NCBI GenBank assembly: GCA_019749945.1
Contig: JAIEPF010000024.1
Span: 14,436 to 78,435, forward strand
From: Burkholderiales bacterium
GTDB lineage: Bacteria; Pseudomonadota; Gammaproteobacteria; Burkholderiales; SG8-41
Reading direction: 5' to 3'
Length of the DNA stretch: 64,000 bases
Shown: positions 18,956-29,047 of the stretch, in pieces
Numbering within the stretch: the stretch's first letter is position 1
How the letters are laid out: the number at the start of each line of letters is the position of its first letter
Program-made: the position numbers and the translations under genes
The notes under the pieces: model-generated
The model's database searches: none
What the model was told of the DNA's origin: nothing
What the model saw: only the letters and a program-made list of their open reading frames with translations

Positions 18956-19959
18956 GCGCGCCTCGCCAGCGGCAGGTTCATCAGCAGGTTCTGCGGTTTG
19001 AGGCGCAGATTGCCCTCTGCGGTCATCGCCATGCCGAGGAATACCGGTGCCCCGCGCATCTCTGCCTGCAGCGCGCCGGCATCGGCAAAATCCATGCGAA
19101 ACAGGCCGACCACGCGCCGCATGCGCTCTTCATCGACTTCGCCGCCGGCATAAATGTCATTGAGCATCGAACTGGCTTCAACATCAAGCCCGACATGCCA
19201 CAGCCATTCCTCATCGGGAATCTCGCGGATCGGCGTGACTTTCACCTTCGTGCCGTGGAAATGCTCGACCCAGCGCGCCAGCAGTTCGCACAGCGCCAGC
19301 GAGCCGGGCAGCCCGGGGTTGACCTGCAGCACGGTGTCGCGGCGTTCGTCGCGGCTGAAATATTCAGCGTGGTTCCTGTCATCCAGCACGCCCAGATCCA
19401 TGGAGCGCAGCGGTGCGTTGACTTCCTTCAGCATGCGGCCGAGATTGCCGAGCCCGCCGCTTTCGGCATGCAGGTTGACGGTCTCGGCATCGGCCAGCAT
19501 CACCGCGCCGTCCTTGACGCTGACTTTCTGCTGCCGGAAAAAGGTTTCCGCCGCACGCACCAGCAGGCCATTGTCGCTGCCCTCGAGCATGCCGCGCAGG
19601 ATGACTTCAGCGGTGTGATAAATGAACGGCGGCGGCACCGCGACATCCTGGCGGAACAGGCTGAAATAAAAGGTTTCCAGGGTCGGCGCCGCCAGCAACT
19701 GGTCGCGGAAGCGCAGCATCACCCGGTAATTTTCCCGGGCATCGGGATCTGCCAGCGCGGCAATTTCAGTTTCGCTGACCGCGCGGCGAGGTGACTCGAG
19801 CAGGGCGGCATGCAGGTGCTGTTCCGCGGCACAGGATTCCGCCACCGGGGCCAGCTCGGGCCGTGCGTAATAAAGTCTCAGGTAATCGTCAGTGACGAGC
19901 AGATGCCCGTCGGCAGCCCGCTCGAGCAATTGATAACCGCTGTGCTGCCAAAAATCCAT
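18952..19959 (-). CDS. conserved hypothetical protein
   Basis: 335 aa with good GC3 bias. ATGA overlap with the downstream SirB1-like gene. No motif I can name. Confidence 0.6.
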   Translation of the reverse strand: MDFWQHSGYQLLERAADGHLLVTDDYLRLYYARPELAPVAESCAAEQHLHAALLESPRRAVSETEIAALADPDARENYRVMLRFRDQLLAAPTLETFYFSLFRQDVAVPPPFIYHTAEVILRGMLEGSDNGLLVRAAETFFRQQKVSVKDGAVMLADAETVNLHAESGGLGNLGRMLKEVNAPLRSMDLGVLDDRNHAEYFSRDERRDTVLQVNPGLPGSLALCELLARWVEHFHGTKVKVTPIREIPDEEWLWHVGLDVEASSMLNDIYAGGEVDEERMRRVVGLFRMDFADAGALQAEMRGAPVFLGMAMTAEGNLRLKPQNLLMNLPLARRA

Positions 19960-20064
19960 AATGAATACGATCCCGAGGCCATTATGCCACGGTGTTTACA
20001 GCTGCTCACGACAGGATCTGCGCAGAAAACCGAACGTATAATCCCCGCCAAAGCCGGTGACCTG

Positions 20065-20331
20065 ATGACTACACTATCGTTCTCCCCGACCTGGATCGGC
20101 ATGGCTGCGGCCCTGCTGACCACCGCCGCGTTCGCACCGCAGGCGATCCAGGCCTGGCGCTCCCGCTCAACCAAGGATGTTTCGCTGGCCATGTTTGCCA
20201 TGATGGTGACCGGCATCACGCTGTGGCTGATTTACGGCATTCTGATCAATGACATTCCGCTGATCCTCGCCAACGCGGTCACGCTGGTATTGGCCGGCGC
20301 CATTCTGGTCGCCAAAATCCGCTTTCGCTAG
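20065..20331 (+). CDS. SemiSWEET / PQ-loop family small transporter
   Basis: 88 aa with three TM helices and a PQ motif (FAPQAIQAWRSRSTKDVSL). Confidence 0.7.
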   Translation: MTTLSFSPTWIGMAAALLTTAAFAPQAIQAWRSRSTKDVSLAMFAMMVTGITLWLIYGILINDIPLILANAVTLVLAGAILVAKIRFR

Positions 20332-20369
20332 ATCCATAATCGATCTTTCCTTTTACTGGAGATGCCACG

Positions 20370-20621
20370 GTGGCTAAAAAGAAAAACAAGCAGCCCGCTG
20401 GACAACCGGCCCTCGGTTTTGGCAACAAGGTGGAAAAGCTGGTGGTTTCCCTGGATCCGGCGATTCTTGCAGAACTGAAGCGTCGCCACGAGGAAACCGG
20501 CGCCACGATGGCCGAACTGGTGCGCAGGGCCGTCAAATTCTGGATTGCGGGCACCAAGGCGGCAGCGCTTGAAGCGGATGACGCAAGATCCCTGCATTTG
20601 AAAGGGCGACGGGGCAATTAG
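20370..20621 (+). CDS. small ribbon-helix-helix (CopG-like) protein, hypothetical
   Basis: 83 aa, GTG start with GGAG upstream. KLVVSLDPAILAELKRRHEETGATMAELVRRAV resembles an RHH fold. Confidence 0.45.
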   Translation: MAKKKNKQPAGQPALGFGNKVEKLVVSLDPAILAELKRRHEETGATMAELVRRAVKFWIAGTKAAALEADDARSLHLKGRRGN

Positions 20622-20684
20622 CAGATGGCGGCATCGCGCCCCAGCGGGCAATCGGACAAGGCACGGGCGTTATAATCCGCGCTG

Positions 20685-20760
20685 GCCCTGGTAGCTCAGT
20701 GGATAGAGCAGTCCCCTCCTAAGGGACAGGTCGGACGTTCGATTCGTCTCCAGGGCGCCA
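20685..20760 (+). tRNA. tRNA-Arg (anticodon CCT)
   Basis: Manual cloverleaf. Acceptor GCCCTGG/CCAGGGC, D-arm GCTC..GAGC, anticodon stem GTCCC/GGGAC with loop CTCCTAA, T-arm GGACG TTCGATT CGTCT, and encoded CCA. TATAAT at 20671-20676. Confidence 0.95.
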
Positions 20761-20786
20761 CTCTCACCCCGGCCCTGGACTTGAAC

Positions 20787-22043
20787 ATGCTGCTCGGCTG
20801 CATCGCGGATGACTTTACCGGCGGAACCGACTTGGCCAGCATGCTGGCGACCGGCGGCATGCGCACGGTGCAGACCATCGGTGTGCCCGAAGGCGGGATC
20901 GACAGCGCGGATGCCGTGGTCGTCGCACTCAAATCGCGCACCGTGCCGCCGGCCCAGGCTGTTGCCGAATCCCTCGCCGCGCTGCGCTGGCTGCAGGCCC
21001 AGGGTTGCCGCCAGTTCTTTTTTAAATACTGTTCGACTTTCGACTCCACGCCGGCCGGCAACATCGGCCCGGTGATCGATGCGTTGATGGATGCGCTGGG
21101 CCTTTCCTTCACCATCGCCTGCCCCGCCTATCCGGAAAACGGACGCACGGTGTATCGCGGGCACCTGTTCGTCGGCAACCAGTTGCTGTCGGACTCCGGC
21201 ATGAAAGACCATCCGCTGACCCCCATGACCGATGCCAACCTGGTGCGCGTGCTGCAGGCGCAGACCAAACAGCGCGTTGGGCTGATCGGCCATGACACCG
21301 TGGTCACTGGCGCTGCCGGCATCCTTGAAGCGTGCAAAGCCACATCTGCCGCAGGTCACAACATTGCCATCGTCGATGCCGTATCCACAGCCAACCTGCA
21401 CGCCATCGGCGAAGCTGCTGCGGAACTGCCGCTGCTGACCGGCGGCTCCGGCATTGCCCTCGGCCTGCCCGACAATTTCCGCCGCAGCGGTGAGTTGCCC
21501 GATCGAGCCGCTGCCGGCGCATTGCCACGCATCGACGGCGCCGCCGCGATCATCGCCGGCAGTTGTTCGACTGCCACCAACGCCCAGGTCGCGCGCTGGC
21601 TGGAAACACGACCCGGATTTCGCGTCGATGTGCGCCGCCTGCTCGCTGGTGCGGACATTGTCGGCGAAGCACTCGACTGGCAAAGCCGGCAGGCGCGGCG
21701 CGATCCGGTGCTGGTCTACGCCACCAGCACACCGGAGGAAGTACGTGCGGTGCAGTCAGAAGCCGGCGCTGAACAGGCCGGACAGCAGGTCGAAACCGCG
21801 CTCGCTGAAATCGCCGCCGGCCTGGCCAGGACCGGCACGCGCAAATTTGTCGTCGCGGGCGGTGAAACCTCCGGTGCAGTCGTCAAACGACTGGGCATCC
21901 GCGCCTTGCGCATCGGCCCGGCCATCGATCCAGGAGTGCCCTGGACCTGCAGTGTCGCGGCACAGCCGCTGGCCCTGGCGCTGAAGTCCGGCAATTTCGG
22001 CAGCGTCGATTTTTTTGAAAAAGCACTGAATAGACTGCAATAA
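20787..22043 (+). CDS. otnK: four-carbon acid sugar kinase family protein (3-oxo-tetronate kinase-like)
   Basis: MLLGCIADDFTGGTDLA N-terminus and a C-terminal GGETSGAV nucleotide-binding motif (YgbK/DUF1537 type). Confidence 0.75.
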   Translation: MLLGCIADDFTGGTDLASMLATGGMRTVQTIGVPEGGIDSADAVVVALKSRTVPPAQAVAESLAALRWLQAQGCRQFFFKYCSTFDSTPAGNIGPVIDALMDALGLSFTIACPAYPENGRTVYRGHLFVGNQLLSDSGMKDHPLTPMTDANLVRVLQAQTKQRVGLIGHDTVVTGAAGILEACKATSAAGHNIAIVDAVSTANLHAIGEAAAELPLLTGGSGIALGLPDNFRRSGELPDRAAAGALPRIDGAAAIIAGSCSTATNAQVARWLETRPGFRVDVRRLLAGADIVGEALDWQSRQARRDPVLVYATSTPEEVRAVQSEAGAEQAGQQVETALAEIAAGLARTGTRKFVVAGGETSGAVVKRLGIRALRIGPAIDPGVPWTCSVAAQPLALALKSGNFGSVDFFEKALNRLQ

Positions 22044-22067
22044 ACCGGCTGCAATAGGGAAACCAGA

Positions 22068-22706
22068 ATGAACGAAAACCAGTTGCGCGAAGAAATTGCC
22101 ACACTCGGCCGCTCGATCTACGAGCGCGGCCTGACCCATGGCAGCACCGGCAACATCAGCGCGCGCTGCAGCGACGGCTGGCTGCTGACACCCACCGGCT
22201 CCAGCCTCGGCCGCCTCGATCCGGGACGCATTTCCAAACTCGACTGGAACGGCAGGCTGGTATCCGGCGATGCACCGTCCAAGGAAAATTTCCTGCATCT
22301 CGCGATGTACCAGGAGCGCCGGCAAAACGCTGCGGTGGTGCATCTGCACAGCACCCATTCGGTGGCGGTGTCGGTGCTGGCCGATACCAATACCGAAGAC
22401 GCCCTGCCGCCGCTGACCGCCTATTACGTGATGCGCATCGGCTCGCTGCCGATGGTGCCCTATTACGCACCCGGCGACATGGCACTGGCCGGCGCCGTGC
22501 GCAGACTCGCCTCCAGACACCATGCGCTGCTGCTGGCCAACCACGGCCCGGTCGTCGGTGGCAGCACGCTGGCCGCTGCGGCTGACGCCATCGAGGAACT
22601 GGAAGCGACGGCCCGGCTGCACCTGCTGTTGCGCGGCGAAAAAATCCGCCCGCTGGATGCAAGCCAGGTGGCCGAACTGAAACGGCGTTATCCGGCCCAG
22701 TCATGA
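22068..22706 (+). CDS. otnC: class II aldolase/adducin family protein (3-oxo-tetronate 4-phosphate decarboxylase-like)
   Basis: 212 aa. GSTGNISAR, VVHLHSTHS and LLANHGPVV metal-binding His pattern. Adjacent to the kinase as in ygbK-ygbL. Confidence 0.75.
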   Translation: MNENQLREEIATLGRSIYERGLTHGSTGNISARCSDGWLLTPTGSSLGRLDPGRISKLDWNGRLVSGDAPSKENFLHLAMYQERRQNAAVVHLHSTHSVAVSVLADTNTEDALPPLTAYYVMRIGSLPMVPYYAPGDMALAGAVRRLASRHHALLLANHGPVVGGSTLAAAADAIEELEATARLHLLLRGEKIRPLDASQVAELKRRYPAQS

Positions 22707-22875
22707 CCAGGTCTCTGACAACTGCGCCTTAATGGCGGGGAATATCCTGGCTGCGGCAGTGTTTGCGTGATTGAAGCGGATGGACAAGGCGTCCGATACC
22801 GTTCATCACGAACCGCCGCGTCGTGCATCATCACCTGTCGTAAAGCCAGGCCATCCGTCAACAGGAGTAGACACC

Positions 22876-23370
22876 ATGCAGGTCATTTCCCGACTCATCG
22901 CCACAGGGCTGGTTATCGGAACGCTTGCCGGTTGCGCGCTGCCGTCCTCGATAAAACCCGGAACCACCAGCGCCGACCAATTGCAGCAACAGCTGGGCAA
23001 ACCGACGGAGATTCATCCGGATCCCCAGGGCGGCGAGTCCTGGGATTATGTGTATGGCCCCGAAGGCGTCCAGACCTGGCGTTTCGGCATCGACCGTGCA
23101 CGCATGGTGGGCAGCGCGACGCAATTATTGACGCAGGAGCGTCTGTTCAGTGTGCGGCCCGGCCAGACCACCACGGCGCAGGTGCGGGCATTGCTGGGCA
23201 AACCGCGGGATATCGTCGTACTGCGCGGCGAAACGGTATGGGAATGGCGCGTCGCCCTGGCGCCGGAGTACGGCGTATTCATCGTGCGTTTCGGGCCCGA
23301 CGGCATTGCCACCGGCATCAACGTGCTGCGCGACCTCACGTCGAGCGACGACAAGGACAGCGGCCCGTAA
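22876..23370 (+). CDS. lipoprotein (BamE/SmpA_OmlA-like)
   Basis: 164 aa from the ATG at 22876 (CAGGAG upstream). Lipobox LAGC. Repeated ...QVRALLGKP... motif. Confidence 0.65.
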   Translation: MQVISRLIATGLVIGTLAGCALPSSIKPGTTSADQLQQQLGKPTEIHPDPQGGESWDYVYGPEGVQTWRFGIDRARMVGSATQLLTQERLFSVRPGQTTTAQVRALLGKPRDIVVLRGETVWEWRVALAPEYGVFIVRFGPDGIATGINVLRDLTSSDDKDSGP

Positions 23371-23400
23371 CCCTGCGCCGGCGCAGTGATGCAATGATGC

Positions 23401-24687
23401 TCAGATGCCGGCCAGCTTGGAATTCGCGGCAGCGAGGCGTTCGACGAGGATGCGCAGGTAGGTGCGATCAAAATTGAGCCGGCAGATTTCCGAGGCGTGC
23501 TGCAGCGCCTTGATGCTGATCTTGATCATGCGCACGTCGGTTGCCGCCACGACGTCGGCGGAGCGCGTACCGCCCGCCTCGCCTAGATAAGCCATCTCGC
23601 CGATCGATTCTCCGGCCTTGAGCAAACTCAGCAACAGCCGGCGCTTGCGCAGCACCCGCGCCTCGCCTGAGACCAGGATGCAGAAAAAGTCGCCCGGATC
23701 GCCTTCGTTCATGATGACTTCATCCTTCGCAACATCCACCCACTCGGAAAAACGCAGCACCTCCCACAGTTCGACGTCGCCGAAGGACTTGAAAAAAGAC
23801 AGGGTGCGCAGAATGTTGAATTTCTCGGTATCAAGCACGCCGTGTTTGGGCAGCGGCGCACCGGAAGCAATGGCAGCCAGGTCATTGGCAAACTGCTCCC
23901 AGCCCATGTAACGCACGGCCTGGTCGCGCGCCATGGCGCGGCTCACCACCAGATCAAGCTCGGTGGGCACGTCCTGGCGGAATTCAGAAGGCAGCGGCGG
24001 ATCGTCATTGAGCACCTGATTCGCCAGGCCGGCGATGTTGGTGGCGCTGAACGGCAGGCGGCCGGTGAGCAGCTGGAACATCACCACCCCCAGCGCGTAA
24101 ATGTCGGTCTGCAGGTTGACCGGTTTGTTCATGTGCTGCTCCGGCGACATGTAGGCCGGTGTGCCGATGCCGTCAACCACCGTGCGTTCGGTCAGCAGCA
24201 GCGCCGCGGAGCCGAAATCCGTGACCTTGATGTCGGTGTTGTCCTTGACCAGGATGTTGGCGGGTTTGATGTCGCGGTGGATCACGCCCAGCCGTGACGC
24301 AAAATCCAGCGCCTTGGCGCATTTGAACACCACTTCGATGACATCACCCAGCGCCAGCAGGTTGTCGCCGCGGGTGAAACGCTGCAGCGTGCCGCCCGAC
24401 ACATATTCCATCACGATATAGGCGTTGTCCTCGTCGGCCACCGCGTCGTAGATTTCGACGATATGCGGATGGGTCAGCTTGCCGGCCAGCGAGGCTTCGG
24501 TGAGGAACAGGTGGTGCAGCAGCTGGCCGCGGGTTTCGTCCTTCAGCGCGCCCTGCGACACCAGCTTGATCGCCACTTCGCGGGAATTGAAGGCGTCGCG
24601 TGCCAGGAACACGGTGCTGGTCGCGCCATCGCCGAGTTTCTTGACGATTTCGTACTTGCCGATCTTGTTGACGACCGATTCCGCCAT
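23401..24687 (-). CDS. Hanks-type Ser/Thr protein kinase fused to a C-terminal cyclic-nucleotide-binding domain
   Basis: 428 aa. GDGATSTV, VAIK, HRDIKPANILV, DFG and GTPAYMSPE, followed by a CAP-like FFCILVSGEARV...GEMAYL...RSADVVA. Confidence 0.9.
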   Translation of the reverse strand: MAESVVNKIGKYEIVKKLGDGATSTVFLARDAFNSREVAIKLVSQGALKDETRGQLLHHLFLTEASLAGKLTHPHIVEIYDAVADEDNAYIVMEYVSGGTLQRFTRGDNLLALGDVIEVVFKCAKALDFASRLGVIHRDIKPANILVKDNTDIKVTDFGSAALLLTERTVVDGIGTPAYMSPEQHMNKPVNLQTDIYALGVVMFQLLTGRLPFSATNIAGLANQVLNDDPPLPSEFRQDVPTELDLVVSRAMARDQAVRYMGWEQFANDLAAIASGAPLPKHGVLDTEKFNILRTLSFFKSFGDVELWEVLRFSEWVDVAKDEVIMNEGDPGDFFCILVSGEARVLRKRRLLLSLLKAGESIGEMAYLGEAGGTRSADVVAATDVRMIKISIKALQHASEICRLNFDRTYLRILVERLAAANSKLAGI

Positions 24688-24829
24688 GAACTGCCGCCTT
24701 TTTGATTATTTTAGTGCATCGGATGCAGTCCGGCACAAATGCATGCCCTTGCACACAAGCTGCGATTAAAACCCGCCACCTGCCGAGCGTCAACCTGCCA
24801 ATGCGCTAACATGGAAACAACCCACCGAC

Positions 24830-27800
24830 ATGGCCCGCATGACTGCAGCAGACACGATCAACCGGCGCTGGCAATTCTGGATCGACCGCGGCGGCACCTT
24901 CACTGACATCGTCGCCCGCCGCCCCGACGGCGGCTTGGTCACGCACAAGCTGCTCTCGGAAGACCCCGCGCGTTATCGTGATGCTGCGCTGGCCGGCATC
25001 CGCGACCTGCTGGGCCTGGCCCGCGACGCCGCCATTCCGGCCGGACAGATCGATGCCGTGCGCATGGGCACCACGGTGGCGACCAATGCCCTGCTCGAAC
25101 GCCGCGGCGAAGGCACCGCGCTGTTCATCACCCGCGGTTTCGGTGATGCGCTGCGCATCGCCTGGCAGAACCGCCCGCATATCTTCGACCGCCATATCGT
25201 GCTGCCGGACCTGCTCTACGAGACTGTCCGGGAAGTCGATGAACGCGTCGGCGCGCATGGCGATATCATCCGCGCGCCGGATGCCGCGGTGCTGCGCCAC
25301 GACCTCGCCGCTGCAAAGGCGCAGGGTTATCGCTCGGTCGCCATTGTGTTCATGCACGGCTACCGTTATCCGGTGCATGAACAACTCGCCGCCGCCCTCG
25401 CCCGGGAATGCGGCTTCGAACAGATTTCGGTATCCCACGAAGTCAGCCCGCTGATGAAACTGGTGGCCCGCGGTGACACCACCGTGGTCGATGCCTATCT
25501 GACGCCGGTGCTGCGGCGATATGTCGAACAGCTCGGAAACGAATTGCCGGGCACCCGCCTGCTGTTCATGCAGTCGAGCGGCGGCCTGACCGACGCGGGA
25601 CATTTCCGCGGCAAGGACAGCATCCTATCCGGCCCGGCGGGCGGCATCGTCGGCGCAGTGCGCACGGCCCTGAACGCCGGCTGTGAACACATCATCGGTT
25701 TCGACATGGGCGGCACCTCCACCGATGTCGCGCATTTTGCCGGGCACGACCTCGCTGCGCTGGAACGCACCTTCGATGCGCAGGTCGCCGGCGTACGCGT
25801 GCGCGCGCCGATGCTGGCCATCCACACCGTTGCCGCCGGCGGCGGATCGATCCCGCATTTTGACGGCGCACGCATGCGCGTCGGCCCTGATTCCGCGGGC
25901 GCCGATCCCGGCCCGGCCTGTTACGGCAAGGGCGGCCCGCTGACCATCACCGACTGCAATGTGCTGCTTGGCAAAATCCAGCCGGCGTTTTTTCCAAGGG
26001 TGTTCGGCGCCAGTGGCGACCAGCCGTTGGATGCGACCGCAGCCGAAAACCTATTTGCTGCACTGCACGATAAAATTATCAATAAAAACAATAACTTAGT
26101 GTCAATCGCTGCCATGGCCGAGGGTTATGTGCAAATCGCCGTCGAAAACATGGCCAACGCGATCAAAAAAATCTCGGTGCAGCGCGGCCACGACGTCACG
26201 GGATACACGCTGGCCTGTTTTGGCGGTGCCGCGGGCCAGCATGCCTGCCGTGTCGCCGATGCACTGGGCATGCCGCATATCTTCATCCATCCGCTGGCGG
26301 GTGTGCTGTCAGCGTACGGCATGGGCCTTGCCGACATCACGGCGATGCGCGAAGCCGCGGTCGAAGCGCCGCTGGATGCTGCAGCCATTGCGGCGCTTGA
26401 TGTGCAGGTCACAGCGCTCGGCACTGCTGCGCGCGAAGACGTCATCGCACAGGGGGTTGCGAGTGCAGCCATCCAGTTACACACAAGGGCGCACATCAAA
26501 TACGCCGGAACCGACAGTACGCTGACCGTGCCCTATGGTTCCGCAGCATCCATGCAGCAGGCCTTCATAGAACTGTATCTGCAGCGTTACAGTTTCCTGA
26601 TGCCGGAACGCGCGCTGGTCATTGAAGCGATCTCGGCGGAAGCCGTGGGCCATGGCGCCGGCGACACCGAAACCATAACGGCCGCATCCGCAACCCGGGC
26701 CCCCGCTTCTGTCGCCCGAACGAAGATGTACAGCAATGGCGCATGGCACGACGTGTCGGTCTATAAACGCGAAACACTGGCGCCCGGCCACAACATCACC
26801 GGCCCCGCCATCATCGCCGAAGCCAATGCCACCACGGTGATCGAACCCGGCTGGCAGGCTGAAGTCACGCCGCGCAATGACCTGCTGCTGAGCCGTCGCG
26901 AACCGCGCCGCGCGGCACAGGCCGGTACCACCGCGGATCCGGTGATGCTCGAGGTTTTCAACAATCTCTACATGTCGATCGCCGAACAGATGGGTGCAAC
27001 GCTGGCCAACACGGCTTATTCGGTCAACATCAAGGAGCGGCTGGATTTTTCCTGCGCGCTGTTCGATGCCCAGGGCAATCTGATCGCCAATGCGCCGCAC
27101 ATGCCCGTGCATCTGGGCTCGATGGGCGAAAGTGTCAAAGCCGTGATCAATGCCAACCGCGGCCGCATGGCGCCGGGTGATGCGTGGATGCTGAATGATC
27201 CCTATGCGGGAGGCACCCACCTGCCCGACATCACGGTGATCACGCCGGTGTTCGATGCCGGGGGCCGCGACGTGCTGTTCTATACCGGGTCGCGCGGCCA
27301 CCATGCCGACGTCGGCGGCATCACGCCCGGTTCGATGCCGCCCGACAGCCGCCACATCGACGATGAAGGCGTGCTGATTTCGAATTTTCTGCTGGTGCAG
27401 CAGGGCCGGCTGCGCGAGACCGAAACCCGCATGCTGTTTGCCTCGGCACGCCATCCGGCGCGCAACATCGACCAGAACATCGCCGACCTGCGCGCAATGA
27501 TCGCCGCCAACCACAAGGGCGCGCAGGAACTGGAACGCATGGTCGGGCACTTCGGTCTCGACGTGGTCACCGCCTACATGCGCCATGTGCAGGACAACGC
27601 CGAGGAAGCCGTGCGCCGCGTCATCGGCAAACTGCGCGACGGCAGCTTCAGTTACGAAATGGACCACGGCGCAATCATCAAGGTTGCGATCCGCGTCGAT
27701 GCCCAGGCGCGCAGCGCGGTCATCGATTTCACCGGCACATCAAAACAGGGCGAGGACAATTTCAACGCACCCTTTGCCGTGACCATGGCGGCGGTGCTGT

Positions 27801-28465
27801 ATGTTTTCCGCACCCTGGTCGATGACGACATCCCGCTCAATGCCGGCTGCCTGAAACCGCTGACGGTGATCGTGCCCGAAGGCTCCCTGCTCAACCCGCG
27901 CCATCCTGCCGCGGTGGTCGCCGGCAACGTCGAGACTTCGCAATGCGTCACCGATGCGCTCTACGGCGCGCTGGGCGCGATGGGGGCGTCGCAGGGCACG
28001 ATGAACAATTTCACCTTCGGCAACGAACGCCACCAGTATTACGAAACCATCGCCGGTGGTTCCGGCGCCGGTGAAGGCTTCAATGGCACCGCCTGCGTGC
28101 AGACTCACATGACCAATTCGCGGCTGACCGATCCCGAGGTGCTGGAATGGCGTTACCCGGTGCGCCTCGACAGCTTCGCCATACGCCGCGGCAGCGGCGG
28201 CGCCGGGCGCTGGCGCGGCGGTGACGGCGCCGTACGTCGTCTGCAGTTTCTTGAACCGATGACCGCCGCCATCCTGTCCGGACACCGCCGCGTGCCGCCG
28301 TACGGCATGGCCGGCGGAGAGCCGGGACAGCCCGGGCGCAACAGTGTGCTGCGCGCCGACGGCCCGGTTGTCGCCCTCGACGCCTGCGCCAGTGTCGCCA
28401 TGCAGCCGGGCGATATCTTCATCATTGAAACGCCCGGCGGCGGCGGCTACGGAACGGTAGAATGA
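24830..28465 (+). CDS. 5-oxoprolinase / hydantoinase A-B fusion (ATP-hydrolysing)
   Basis: 1211 aa. [14 protein letters not shown]-terminus, HyuA-like first half and HyuB-like second half ([12 protein letters not shown]). Confidence 0.9.
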   Translation: MARMTAADTINRRWQFWIDRGGTFTDIVARRPDGGLVTHKLLSEDPARYRDAALAGIRDLLGLARDAAIPAGQIDAVRMGTTVATNALLERRGEGTALFITRGFGDALRIAWQNRPHIFDRHIVLPDLLYETVREVDERVGAHGDIIRAPDAAVLRHDLAAAKAQGYRSVAIVFMHGYRYPVHEQLAAALARECGFEQISVSHEVSPLMKLVARGDTTVVDAYLTPVLRRYVEQLGNELPGTRLLFMQSSGGLTDAGHFRGKDSILSGPAGGIVGAVRTALNAGCEHIIGFDMGGTSTDVAHFAGHDLAALERTFDAQVAGVRVRAPMLAIHTVAAGGGSIPHFDGARMRVGPDSAGADPGPACYGKGGPLTITDCNVLLGKIQPAFFPRVFGASGDQPLDATAAENLFAALHDKIINKNNNLVSIAAMAEGYVQIAVENMANAIKKISVQRGHDVTGYTLACFGGAAGQHACRVADALGMPHIFIHPLAGVLSAYGMGLADITAMREAAVEAPLDAAAIAALDVQVTALGTAAREDVIAQGVASAAIQLHTRAHIKYAGTDSTLTVPYGSAASMQQAFIELYLQRYSFLMPERALVIEAISAEAVGHGAGDTETITAASATRAPASVARTKMYSNGAWHDVSVYKRETLAPGHNITGPAIIAEANATTVIEPGWQAEVTPRNDLLLSRREPRRAAQAGTTADPVMLEVFNNLYMSIAEQMGATLANTAYSVNIKERLDFSCALFDAQGNLIANAPHMPVHLGSMGESVKAVINANRGRMAPGDAWMLNDPYAGGTHLPDITVITPVFDAGGRDVLFYTGSRGHHADVGGITPGSMPPDSRHIDDEGVLISNFLLVQQGRLRETETRMLFASARHPARNIDQNIADLRAMIAANHKGAQELERMVGHFGLDVVTAYMRHVQDNAEEAVRRVIGKLRDGSFSYEMDHGAIIKVAIRVDAQARSAVIDFTGTSKQGEDNFNAPFAVTMAAVLYVFRTLVDDDIPLNAGCLKPLTVIVPEGSLLNPRHPAAVVAGNVETSQCVTDALYGALGAMGASQGTMNNFTFGNERHQYYETIAGGSGAGEGFNGTACVQTHMTNSRLTDPEVLEWRYPVRLDSFAIRRGSGGAGRWRGGDGAVRRLQFLEPMTAAILSGHRRVPPYGMAGGEPGQPGRNSVLRADGPVVALDACASVAMQPGDIFIIETPGGGGYGTVE
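26069..26106 (+). repeat. AT-rich dispersed element, copy E3 (inside the oxoprolinase ORF, in frame)
   Basis: gataaaattatcaataaaaacaataacttagtgtcaat carries the exact 12-mer aataaaaacaat shared with E5 and E7. Translated as [12 protein letters not shown]. Confidence 0.75.
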
Positions 28466-28511
28466 CCAAAATCGCAAATCACCAAAAACAAAATCCCATA
28501 ACAGGTTACCC

Positions 28512-29045
28512 ATGGCCCGTGTCCCGCTGATCGGCGAGGAGCGCAGCGACCTCGCCCCCTTCATAACACGCGTCAAAAAAGAGCGCGGCAAGCTGATCAA
28601 TCTCTACCGCGTACTGATGAACAGCCCGGCCATCGCCGCGGGCTGGCTCGATTTCAACAGCATCGTGCGTTACAAAACCACGCTGGATCCGGCGCTGCGC
28701 GAAATGATCATCCTGCGCGTCTCCATCCTCAACGGCGCCGAATACCAGGCGCGCATCCACGGCGCGAGCCATGCGCTAGAGGCGGGATTGAGCGCGGAGC
28801 AGATCGAAGCCCTGGGCGACTGGGTGAACAGCAAATTGTTCAGCACGGCACAACGCGCCGCCCTTGCCTGGACCGATGCAATGACCCAGCAGATCAATGT
28901 GCCCGACACGCTGCACAACGAACTGCAGCGCCACTTCGACGATCAGGCCGTGGTCGAAATCACCGTGCTCGCCGGCGCCTACAACATGCATACCCGGGTC
29001 GCACGCGCGCTGCGCATCGAATCCGAAACCCCGGGCAAGGCCTGA
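28512..29045 (+). CDS. carboxymuconolactone decarboxylase (AhpD-like) family protein
   Basis: 177 aa. REMIILRVSILNGAEYQ pattern. Confidence 0.8.
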   Translation: MARVPLIGEERSDLAPFITRVKKERGKLINLYRVLMNSPAIAAGWLDFNSIVRYKTTLDPALREMIILRVSILNGAEYQARIHGASHALEAGLSAEQIEALGDWVNSKLFSTAQRAALAWTDAMTQQINVPDTLHNELQRHFDDQAVVEITVLAGAYNMHTRVARALRIESETPGKA

Positions 29046-29047
29046 TC

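Noticed and set aside
20761-24700. Genomic island or prophage integrated at tRNA-Arg
   Set aside because: No integrase, no phage or conjugation genes, no obvious compositional shift and no tRNA 3'-end repeat seen by eye.
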